This document shows, in pieces, positions 27,242 through 37,348 of a DNA stretch of 64,000 nt; positions within the stretch are counted from its first letter, which is position 1, and each line of letters begins with the position of its first letter. The notes under the pieces are model-generated. The model did no database searches. It was not told the origin of the DNA and was given only the letters and a program-made list of their open reading frames with translations. Both the position numbers and the translations under genes were made by a program. The DNA is from Octopus vulgaris (taxonomy: Eukaryota): assembly GCA_951406725.2 (NCBI GenBank), contig OX597817.1, forward strand, positions 173,414,001-173,478,000. Direction: 5' to 3'.

Positions 27242-28880
27242 CTACAAAGGAAAAAAACACAAAAAAGAAAAAAAAAATGCCACTTCATACAAAAGACAAA
27301 CCTTTTCTCTCAAAATAAACAAGAGTATCCAGATTCCACCCGAAGAATACCTAAATGGGTTAGTTTCCAAAATGGTAACAACGAGTCTGTTTTTGTCTCC
27401 CCAAAACAGAAAAAGATGGAAGTTATTTCAGACCATTTTACAACAATCAATTTATTTAGTTTCAAATCTAACATTTCACCTTTTTTAATCATAAATTTGC
27501 AGACCAGAACAGGATTTACAGGATTTTTTTTTAAACTGGACAACGGTGACCAAACATTAAAAATACATTAAAATGAAAGGGGAAATGTAAATGTTATAAA
27601 GATATTTCATATGAATTTTTGACTAATAAAGAAAATGCTTTTATTCCCTTCTAGTAAATAGTTATTCGTACTAAAACAAAGTCCAGATTTAAACGGAATA
27701 CCTACATCTTCATTTTCAAATATAATGTCTCGTAACGTACGAATTTTTAATAAAAGAACCCAAGCTAAATCGTACGTAAGAGATAAATTTCATTCATACC
27801 AGCATCACTTATTTCTGAGAAAATTTAAGCAATAAACTCCAAAATTTTCAAAACCTGTTATCATTTATGAAATGGATTTCAAGTGTGTGTGTGCGCGTGC
27901 GTGTGTGTGCGTGCGCGCATTTCGAACAATCAAGAAATTTCTATCGTAATCTTTCTCCCATACAAAGCAATGGAGCAGTAAAAATGCTTCATTCAGAAAT
28001 GACAATTAATCAACAGCTACTGATATACAGCAGCTTCGGTGTTGCTTTATTTTGCTTGTTTCCCCCCTTAAAACCTGTCCAAATTCAGAAGGGTCTTTCT
28101 GTTTTTGCCAGTACCAGCAACTAACCAGATTTTTTAAGACCACATTTCGAGCTGTGATGGTTAAACGAGAGCCCAGCCATCATCATCTATCGTCACAAAA
28201 TCGCATCGATTTCTATCATGCTTAGGTTATCATCGAATCTCCCAATTCAACAGCGCTTTCAAAAGTACAACCATATTTAACGGTTAGAAATTGAAAATAA
28301 AAACCAAACTGTCACCTAAATATTATACTCCAACGCAATACAGTTTTATGTTAATTATGGCAAAGCATCGGAAGAAGAGATTTCCAGTGTTTCACAGCAA
28401 TTCGATGTTGCAATGTTGTCTGGCAAGGAACGGTCGGTGGGAAGAGGAGGGGTTAAGAGAATCGATCAGAATAATGAATTCGATTACAAGTAGCATTAAA
28501 ACAGCTGGAAATCGTATGACTTCATTCTCCTTTAATTTGCAAAATAAATAAATAAATATTAGCGATGGACGGAAGCCTATACATACGTATGTATATATGT
28601 GCGTGTGTACGAGTGTCCTCTGTTCTACTAAGAAATAATCTTGTCCTGTATTAGGCAATCGCAGAAAGGAAGAAAAACAGAAGAATATGCGAGAGAACAA
28701 CAACAAATGCTACCGGATCAGTCGACACAAAGTTACTAGATCAGGAGTAAAAGGAATGGGGGAAAAAATTAAATAATAAAGCTCTTTTTAAATTCACAGT
28801 ATTTAATCAAGTAAATAACGAGAATGTCTGAACGAGAAATAGAACGCAATATACACGATTATATATATATATTATATATA

Positions 28881-28950
28881 TAGTCACCTCCAACACATGT
28901 ATGTATATATATATATACATATATCTCCATACATGTGTTGGAGGTGACTA
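28881..28950. repeat. 70-nt hairpin with perfect 23-bp inverted arms
   Basis: TAGTCACCTCCAACACATGTATG / CATACATGTGTTGGAGGTGACTA with a 24-nt TA-rich spacer. Confidence 0.9.
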
Positions 28951-29860
28951 GCGTTTGATTTAAATATTAGATTTGAACACAAAAGACAAGACAACTGTCT
29001 CCCGTTTATCCTTCTTTTATATACGAAGGATTTTTTTTTTTTTTTCTGGATGCCTTGGTTATGGCTTGTTTGGAACTGTGAAGTTCCAAGGTCCATTTGG
29101 TGTTCCAAACAAACTGATACGACTAAAAAGAAAAGGGGAAAAGGCCTTAATAGGGGAGCGGATTCGCGTTTTCCATCCATCATTCAAAAGAAACGCTTCT
29201 CCTCTCCATAGACACACGCTTCTTTTCCCGTTCCAATTATCCATATCTTCAATTTTAAATATCCACACACACACACACGTTGTTTCCCGTTCAAATATCC
29301 ACAAATTCAATTTGAAACATACACGCACTCACACACACACACATCCATCACACGTTCTGTTTCCCGTTGAAACATTGGCGTATTCAATCCACACCACATA
29401 GACACCACGTACCATTTTGTCTTTCTTTCTTTATCCAAATGGTTTTATAATCTATTTATATTCCCCCCATTGCAACAACCAGCCAGTCAGTACTACAACA
29501 TCCACGTGATGAGTGTCCTAGTTGGCAAGTTTAATATTGCGAGGACTGCAGTCAGTGGCTGGCGAACTAATATCAGAAAACTATGAAGGAAGAAGAAGAA
29601 GAAGCCAGAGCACGCACCGAATATTATTATTACAATTAATAAAACTAGTGGCAGCCTTGGCCTGGCCTAGTCTCTCTTACCCCCTTTGGCTGCCAACACA
29701 CAACCTCTCCCAACATACGGTTACCTTTCCACAATAAATACTTCTTCGTCGACCGAAATTAATAACGTAAAACAAAATTGATTTTTTTTCCTTCCTCCCT
29801 TAATAATGGAGAGAAGTAGTAGTAATAGTAGTGGTAGTAATAGTAGTGGTAGTAATAGTA

Positions 29861-30181
29861 TATTGCTTTACTACCCACAAGGGGACAAACATGGAGAGGA
29901 CAGACAAACGGATTGAGTCGATAACATCGGCCCCCCCCCCCCAGTTCATATCTGGTACTTTAATTATCGACCCCGAAAGGATGAAAGGCAAAGTCGACCA
30001 AAGTAGTGGTAGTAATAGTAGTTGTAGTAATAGTATATTGCTTTACTACCCACAAGGGGCTAAACACAGAGGGGACAAACAAGGACAGACATAGGTATTA
30101 AGTCGACTACATCGACCCCCCCCCAGTGCGAAACTGGTACTTTATTTATCGACCCCGAAAGGAGGAAAGGCAAAGTCGACC
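29861..30181 (-). mobile_element. Two tandem 5'-truncated Deu-domain-like SINE copies
   Basis: Both read GGTCGACTTTGCCTTTC(A/C)TCCTTTCGGGGTCGATAA on the minus strand; embedded in (GTA)n-like repeats. Confidence 0.75.
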
Positions 30182-30469
30182 AAAGTAGTTGTAGTAATAG
30201 TATATGACTATATATATAGATATATATATATATATATAGATATAGATGAATATATTTCAAATAACAATAAAGCATCATTCTGACGACAATAAAAGTAAAT
30301 AGGATTCGGTTAGTAAGAACGACAGCAACTGTTGTTAAATATTCATTTTGAAAATAAGAAAAAATGTCTCCGATTTTCTAAGCGAAATACATTTCACAAT
30401 AGGCCAAGGTTTGTCAAGATACATTCATAAAGACACATACCTACCTACCTAATATATTTACACACTACT

Positions 30470-30495
30470 ACGTGTATATGTGTATTATATGCATG

Positions 30496-30530
<35 letters not shown>

Positions 30531-30657
30531 CTGTATATATATATGTATATATACATATATATGTATTTATATATATATGGCAATCTTTCGTCTCTATATA
30601 TATCTGTATATATATATATCTGTATATATATATATATATATTGTGTATATATATATG

Positions 30658-30739
<82 letters not shown>

Positions 30740-31358
30740 GTATATATATATATATATATCTGTGTATATATATATATATATATCTGTGTATATATATATA
30801 TGTATAAATATATCTGTATATATATATAACACTCACACTATATGCAAACATATATTCATTTATAAACATACAAACATATGTGCACATTTACAAATATATA
30901 GACATGCACTTCTATATATATATATATATGTATATATGCAGACATATCTACATATACATTAAAGGTCTCTATACATACATGCACAGACATATACTGTGTT
31001 CAATTATGTCATATACATTTATATACACATGCACTTATATATAATATATATATATATATATATGTATGTATATATATGCACACATATCTACATATACATT
31101 AAAGGTCTCTATACATACACTGTGTTCAATTATGTCATATACATACACTCAAGTACATACAAAGACAGATTGTATATGTGTATTAATATATATAACAGAT
31201 TGTGTATATAGATATGATTAAATAGGAGTATCAATATGCGTGAGTATGTATATATGTGTATGTATATATATATATGTGAATGTATATATATATATGTGAG
31301 TGTGTGTGTGTGTATATATATGTGAATGTGTGTGTGTGTATATATATATGTGAATGTA

Positions 31359-31389
<31 letters not shown>

Positions 31390-31588
31390 GTGAATGTATG
31401 TATGTGTGTGTGTATATATATATGTGTATATATGAGTGTGTATGTATATATGTGTATGTATGTATGTGTATATATATATGTGAATGTATGTATATATATA
31501 TATGTGTATGTGTGTCAGTCCTCCTCCTCCGCCACACACACACACATACAGAGAGAGAGAGACACAGAGAGAGAGAGAGAGAGAGAGT
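30470..31588. repeat. Compound (TA)n/(TG)n/(GA)n microsatellite field
   Basis: Directly visible; source of the YIYI and HTHT ORFs. Confidence 0.95.
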
Positions 31589-31708
31589 CGCACTTGACGG
31601 AACGCCTGAGGCCATCACTCGAAACACACAATTCGACAAACCTAAAACAAAAATACGGCATTAAACAAGATCTACCAACTCCCATCGTACGGCACAACTA
31701 AATCTTAC

Positions 31709-31766
31709 CTCGAAATCTGAGTTCGTTGTCAGGCTCTAAGATTAGGACCTGCAAATTCTTAGCCAT
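31709..31766 (-). CDS. VAP: First coding exon of a vesicle-associated membrane protein-associated protein (VAP-A/B, VAP-33 family; start of the MSP domain)
   Basis: 58 nt encoding MAKNLQVLILEPDNELRFR plus G, followed by GTAAGA. Closely resembles the VAPB N-terminus as I recall it ([20 protein letters not shown]), with the intron at the same phase-1 position. No downstream exons found in the window. Confidence 0.82.
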
Positions 31767-31970
31767 TCTTTCAGCACAAGAAATTTGATTTTGGTTATCT
31801 CCCACGTTTTACATCAAAAGGGAACGTGATTCTTTATCGGCTACGCATGCGCAGTCCATCGCTTTCACAACGAGGCTACTCAATTCTTCCAGCATTTCAT
31901 TTATTACGCGATTTATTAATACACTTGGCTAAGGGAGATAACAGTGACGATCGAAAGGTTGAGTAACGTC
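31767..31970 (-). promoter_or_regulatory. VAP 5' UTR and promoter, CpG-retaining, with an NRF1/EWG-like motif
   Basis: ACGCATGCGCA at 31843-31853, about 80 bp upstream of the ATG; CpGs are frequent here and scarce in the flanks. Confidence 0.55.
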
Positions 31971-31980
31971 CCTTTACATA

Positions 31981-32635
31981 AACTTAGTTATGTTTCGACC
32001 AAAGATTGGTCCAGGCCATGTCTAACTTAATAGCACCACCTGATAGAATTATTTGAATCCTGTTTAAGTCAAGTTTTGTTTATGGTCCATTCAAGTAGTG
32101 AGTTTTTTAGATATGTTTCGTCCAAAGATTGGTCCAGGCCATGTCTAACTTAATAGCACCACCTGATAGGATTATTTGAATCCTGTTTAAGTCAAGTTTT
32201 GTTTATGGTCCATTCAAGTAGTGAGCTTTTTAGATATGTTTCGACCAAAGATTGGTCCAGGCCATGTCTAACTTAATAGCACCACCTGATAGGATTATTT
32301 GAATCCTGTTTAAGTCAAGTTTTGTTTATGGTCCATTCAAGTAGTGAGTTTTTTAGATATGTTTCGACCAATGATTGGTCCAGGCCATGTCTAACTTAAT
32401 AGCACCACCTGATAGAATTATTTGAATCCTGTTTAAGTCAACTTTTGTTTATGGTCCATTCAAGTAGTGAGTTTTTGTTGGGTGAGTTGTATCCAATTAT
32501 GGGTGGCTTATCTGGTATTCATTGAAGGAATCTATCCAGACTCCGTTTAAAGTTGATGGGATCCTGTTCCTCTTTGATCTCTTTCGGGACAATGTTAAAT
32601 AGGGCTGGGCCTGTTGAGGAAAAGAAATTATATAA
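31981..32635 (-). mobile_element. 5'-truncated CR1/L2-group LINE whose 3' end is reiterated
   Basis: Minus strand reads NFFSSTGPALFNIVPKEIKEEQDPINFKRSLDRFLQ*IPDKP...NSLLEW, a typical ORF2 C-terminus running directly into the repeat unit. Confidence 0.7.
31989..32476. repeat. Tandem repeat, 4 x 123 bp
   Basis: Units start TATGTTTCG at 31989, 32112, 32235 and 32358 and are nearly identical. Confidence 0.95.
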
Positions 32636-32683
32636 GCATTCGTAAAGCGATTATTCATTTGTTTCTTTATTTATTTTTCTTAG

Positions 32684-33270
32684 ATCTTTCATTTGAAAGC
32701 TATAATGGGAAGACGGTTAAGTTAAACGATTTGGGCCCCGACGAAAAAGAATATCACAAATAAGAAAGAATTGGAAGATCATTTTGATGATCTCAACTTC
32801 TCATAATCTAATCGATACAGTGATACAGTGGTGTCAATTACACGACCGAGTGTAGAGCCACGGTATACTTGTTCAACGGATCAACTTGATGTTATGGATT
32901 CTTCTGAGTATTTCTGCAACTCTGTCTCCAAGGACGGGTCCTTAGATTCCGAGATCAACTTCTATTGTATGCAGGACACTGGAGAAACGAATTTCATCAG
33001 ATAGAGAATTGTAATGTGAACCCCTGCTATACTCATACTCATCCGAGATATGGACCCCTATATCAACAACACGTGAAAATACTTGACAGATTTCCCCAAA
33101 AGTTCTGAGACAGACATAGCCAAACTGTGGCTTGCAGGACTTTTGATTGACACACCTAACATAAAATATCTTGAACTGTATTTGTAGAGTAGCCCACTTA
33201 TCGATGAGCCATGCCTTGTGCAGCCCACTTCTCAAAATAAGTTATCCATAACTGGTTTTAAAAGTACATA
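32684..33270 (+). pseudogene. Possible degraded exon with RRM-like repeats (PARP10/14-type)
   Basis: Acceptor TTTTTCTTAG; broken frames give TVKLNDLG..NKKELEDHFDD and KLWLAGL..NIKYLELYL..LSITGFKS; several stops. Confidence 0.2.
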
Positions 33271-33716
33271 AAAACATCAGCTGCAGATCCGTTACACCTG
33301 ACACAAAAGTGCTGGAATAAGCAAGCTTTCTCAATGTAGAAGCTCATCTTATCAAATATCATATACGAAGGGTTGGTCACGTCATCTGACTTGGGGGTGT
33401 TAGGCCTTCTGAAGCAACTTTATGGTGAATGGTAAATGTCTCCATCGCATGGAAAAAAAAAATCATAACACTGTAAATCCTTCAACTTTTGGTGTACAAA
33501 CTGACAAAATAGCAAAACATTGTTGGAATTCTTTCCCCATATAGAATTAATAAAAAAAAAACTTCTCATGCTACCAAGCCATACTTGATAACAAGTGGCA
33601 ACAAAGAAATATACAGGTGTGTGTGTGTATGCCTGCATGTGTGTTTGTATTAGAAAACCTGTTCTATTTCTTCTTATCACAGTCCTGTAGTGCTCCTGTT
33701 GGTACCTCTGTTAACT

Positions 33717-35021
33717 GGAAACAGCTGCTGTAATCAACTCATCGAGTTTCTTGAGGACGTTACCCAAATCACTGATCGCGGATCCTGGGTGGATGTTGTT
33801 TACTTGGACTTTGCTAAGGCTTTTAATTCTGTGCCACACAAAAGACTTATGGTGAAGCTTTCTGCGTTGGGTGTAAGAGACAAACTCTATAACTGGTTAA
33901 AGTCCTTTATTTTCGGCCGAAAAGAGGTTGTCACAGTTCTAGGACAGCACTCTTCGCCCTATGAGATGACATCTGGTGTGCCGCAGGGATCTGTTCTTGG
34001 CCCCCTTTTATTTGTTGCATATGTTAATGACATAGATGCCAACTTAAAGAATGCCACAGTGCTGAAATATGCAGATGACATCAAGCTGTACCTCGAAATA
34101 AAGAGGTCAAATCCTATACACTATGGATCTCTATTGCAAGCAGACCTGGACACAATGCAGCAGTGGATCATGGACTGGCAACTCAAGCTGGCTGTGGACA
34201 AATGTACCACCATGCATTTTGGGAGGAGAAACCCAGCGTCCACCTACTCCCTCCACAACACTAGTCTCAAAAAGTCTTCAAGTGAACGTGACCTGGGTGT
34301 TATTGTCGACAGTGATTTGTGTTGGACAAAACACATCGCTAAAATTGTCAAGAAGGCTGAGGGTGTCTTGGCATCACTCACCAAATCCTTTGTGAGCCGC
34401 TCTCCGGCTATCTATCTGCGGCTTTATATAGCTATGGTAAGACCTCACCTGGAATTTGCATCACCGGTCTGGAACCCCTATCTTGCCCAGGACATCAATC
34501 GTCTGGAAGCTGTTCAGCGACGTGCAACCAAAAGAATACCTTCCATCAGGCATTTGCCATATCCTGAACGCCTTACTTCCCTGGGCATGGACACATTGAA
34601 ACTCCGACGTCTGGCAGCTGACTTGGCAGACACCCATAAAATTATCAACCATCGCACAAACAATAACTCTGAGCACCTCTTCAAACTCCACCCATCTAAC
34701 ACCCGTGGACATATTTACAAAGTAGGAAAACAGCACAGCTCCCATGACTTCAGGAAACATTTTTTCACGCTGAGAGTTGCTGAAGCGTGGAACAAACTGC
34801 CGGCATCGGTTGTTAGTTGTCGGAGCACTACATCCTTCAAAACTTCCATGCTTCCTGAGATTCGCCAACACTACACTTGATTTTCTCCCCTCCATACACA
34901 CACAAGCATGTTCACTTTCCAGACATTTCTACATTACTGCATGTACTTTTATATGCACTTTCTGACAAGTTGTGGTGCACCTGAGCACTGTATACAATAA
35001 TTTCATTATTATTATTATTAT
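33717..35021 (+). mobile_element. 5'-truncated CR1-like LINE
   Basis: Open RT frame, 3' UTR with TGTGGTGCACCTGAGCACTG, (ATT)n tail; a second copy lies at 48060-48463. Confidence 0.92.
33720..34880 (+). CDS. CR1-like ORF2 reverse transcriptase, C-terminal part (no genuine start codon)
   Basis: VYLDFAKAFNSVPH, SGVPQGSVLGPLLF, KYADD, ERDLGV, VRPHLEFASPVWNP and WNKLP, uninterrupted to the stop. Confidence 0.9.
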   Translation, partial: NSCCNQLIEFLEDVTQITDRGSWVDVVYLDFAKAFNSVPHKRLMVKLSALGVRDKLYNWLKSFIFGRKEVVTVLGQHSSPYEMTSGVPQGSVLGPLLFVAYVNDIDANLKNATVLKYADDIKLYLEIKRSNPIHYGSLLQADLDTMQQWIMDWQLKLAVDKCTTMHFGRRNPASTYSLHNTSLKKSSSERDLGVIVDSDLCWTKHIAKIVKKAEGVLASLTKSFVSRSPAIYLRLYIAMVRPHLEFASPVWNPYLAQDINRLEAVQRRATKRIPSIRHLPYPERLTSLGMDTLKLRRLAADLADTHKIINHRTNNNSEHLFKLHPSNTRGHIYKVGKQHSSHDFRKHFFTLRVAEAWNKLPASVVSCRSTTSFKTSMLPEIRQHYT

Positions 35022-35526
35022 CTTGCACTGAGCAGAAACAAATAATTTGGAAGAACAACCTGCAATTCGAGAAAAATTGAATTACCCATCACACAGTGAA
35101 GCATAATGTCTGAAAATTGTGCAAGCTGTTGAAGATCTGTGGTCACATTACACTTTCAAAAGTGGGTCATGTCAGCTACTTAAGGTCACATATCAGGAGA
35201 CCAACACAAGATGTATACAGCTGCAACAGTCCTGCTGGAGTACACACTACTGTCCTTAATGTCCAAAGGTGTCTTCATCTGCTGCTGGGTTGCAAAATCC
35301 ATTTTGAATAACTGCACAAAGCCAGAGCTGCTGTTGGTGCATTTTTTATAAACGACTATGAGCTACATTTATAGGAAATTTAAAACAAAATCAAGACTAG
35401 GTAGCCATTTGAAGACCCAAGGGAGAAAAGTTATCAAACTTTGTTACAAGCACATGTCTGCAATGAGAAAGGAGTTATAACTGAATTTGAATTAACAACT
35501 ACCAGTATGTGTGTGTGTGTGTGTGT

Positions 35527-36352
35527 GTGGTCTCATCAATAAGTATCTGGATTGTTGCCATAGTAACAAAGCTAAAGCATGCAGAGTGAAGCCGCTTGTT
35601 ACAAATAAACCTTGAACTCTGCTGTGCATCCACACTGAGTTTTAACATTTTAGTTCACTTCCACTGTTTACAGCAGTGCTTGGAAGGAAGGTGTGTAGCA
35701 TGTGATTGTTGCATTGACCATGATAGAGAAAGTTGAGCAGAGAATCTGCTTCAAATTTTGCCAAAAGCTTGGTGATACCAGCTCAGAGGCCTACACAAAG
35801 TTTTCATTGTTCTCGATACAATCAAGGAGATCTTGTTACAACTGAAACCTGAGTGTCTTTTTGGTCAACCCAAAGCAGTTTTGGCACAAACTTGGCAGAC
35901 ATGCATCTCATACCCAAATCTTCAGTGATGATGGACTGAACTGAACCCTAACTAATCTACACATCCTCTGATATCTCACAGATGGGGATTCAACGATTTG
36001 CCCTCACAGCTGCATGCACATTTGCGATGTTTTTCTCAGTTCTGCTGGTTGTGGGTCTGAACTACTCATACATTTGTGTGCGGCTCATACACTCCTCTCC
36101 ATACACTTTCTGCAACTTTGTGTAGACATCTGAGCAGGTATCACCATGACAACTTTCTCTGTCATTGTCAATGCAATAATCACATGCTACACACTTTCCT
36201 TCCAAGTACTGCTGTAAACAGTGGAAGTGAGCTAGAACATTAGAACTTACTGTGTATGTACAGCAGAGGTCAATGTTTGCCAAGTGGCCTCACTCTGTGT
36301 GCTTTAGCTTCGTTACTATGGCAACAGTCCGGATACTTATTGATCAGACCTC
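35527..36352. mobile_element. Mariner-derived fold-back element with two 5' ends
   Basis: Diverged inverted arms of about 240-270 bp, each running from the TIR (GGTCT..TCAATAAGTATC) into the transposase start (MIEKVEQRICFKFCQKLG in the left arm); the middle is transposase N-terminus on the minus strand. Confidence 0.8.
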
Positions 36353-36589
36353 ATATATATATGTGTGTGTGTGTATAAAATCATCACCGTTATCATCATT
36401 TAACATTTTTGTTCCATACTGACATGGATTAGATGGTTTGATCTGGCAAGTTGCAGGGCTGCCTCAAGCTCCAATATAATCTTTGGTGTGGTTTCTGCAG
36501 TTAGATAGCCTTCCTAATCCAAATCGCTATACAGAGTGTACTGGGTGCATTTTTTGTGCCATCATGTCCAACTGGTACTCAAACTTTTG

Positions 36590-37000
36590 AGATCTTTGTG
36601 GAATATTTGGTGCTAGATGCTCTTTGACCTATCCTTTTCCCATTTTCCTTCTGGTGTCCACACCATTGCTGCCATTGCAGGCACAAAGTGTGACATGCCA
36701 CACAAAATCAATGCACTGTCATAAGGTTTCATAGTGACTGGAATTTGCTTTGCAGAAGGATTTTCTCATTTGCAATTCTGTCTTTTCAGATGACTTTGAG
36801 GGTGTTATGCTGACATTGTTGATGTATCCTGCTTTTTGACAGCCTTTGCCAACATTTTCCATGTTTTACTGCCATATAGAACTGTTGGTAGGGCTGCCGT
36901 GCTATGTAGTTGAGATCTTCATGTTAGTACTGATGCATTCTCTTCCTACTGGCAAGTGACTTTGTGAGGAAACACTGCAGGACTGTGGCAAAGAGAAATA
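36590..37000 (-). mobile_element. Degraded RTE RT C-terminal fragment
   Basis: Minus strand reads AALPTVLYGSKTW. Confidence 0.45.
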
Positions 37001-37036
37001 GAAAAGGCTTTGTTGTGCATGCATACACACACACAC

Positions 37037-37348
37037 GATAAAAAACGATAAACGTCACCCTTTTCAAGTCTAGCCTGGCTCATGGGCCCAGTTTCTGTGA
37101 CGTATGTGTTCCCCCAAGCTGGACGGGATGCCAGTCCATCGACGCATTACTCAAGAAACAGGAAGAGAGTGAGAGAAAGTTGTGGCGAAAGAGTACAACA
37201 GGGGTCGCCACCACCCCCTGCCAGAGCCTCGTGGAGTTTTAGGTGTTTTCGCTCAATAAACACACACAATGCCCGGTCTGGGAATCGAAATCGCATTCCT
37301 CCGACCGTGAGTCCACTGCCCTAACCACTGGGCCCATTGCACCTCCAC
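37037..37348 (-). mobile_element. tRNA-derived SINE (second family)
   Basis: Minus-strand head GTGGAGGTGCAATGG..CAGTGGTTAGGGCAGTGGACTC with a B-box-like TTCGATTCCC; matches 50404-50690. Confidence 0.85.

Larger units (their letters stand above)
33280..35200 (+). mobile_element. Old RTE LINE 3' remnant split by the CR1 insertion
   Basis: DTKVLE*ASFLNVEAHLIKYHIRRVGHV and KQLYGE on the left; LALSRNK and CGHITLSKVGHVSYLRSH on the right. Confidence 0.55.

Noticed and set aside
29479-29562. GTGATGA with flanking stems, suggesting a C/D snoRNA or hammerhead
   Set aside because: No CTGA box D and no GAAA after the stem.
30472-31701. Many long YIYI/HTHT/VCVC ORFs (also near 45.5, 47.5, 56 and 58 kb)
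   Set aside because: Translations of dinucleotide microsatellites.
31989-32476. Regular array that could be mistaken for CRISPR
   Set aside because: No unique spacers, no cas genes, eukaryotic context; the unit is a LINE 3' end.
33690-33719. Annotated start of the 396-aa ORF
   Set aside because: A GTG in flanking RTE-derived sequence; the CR1 copy is 5'-truncated and lacks its endonuclease.
37270-37348. tRNA-like sequences (also at 50404 and 58266)
   Set aside because: These are SINE heads continuing into SINE bodies, not complete tRNA genes.
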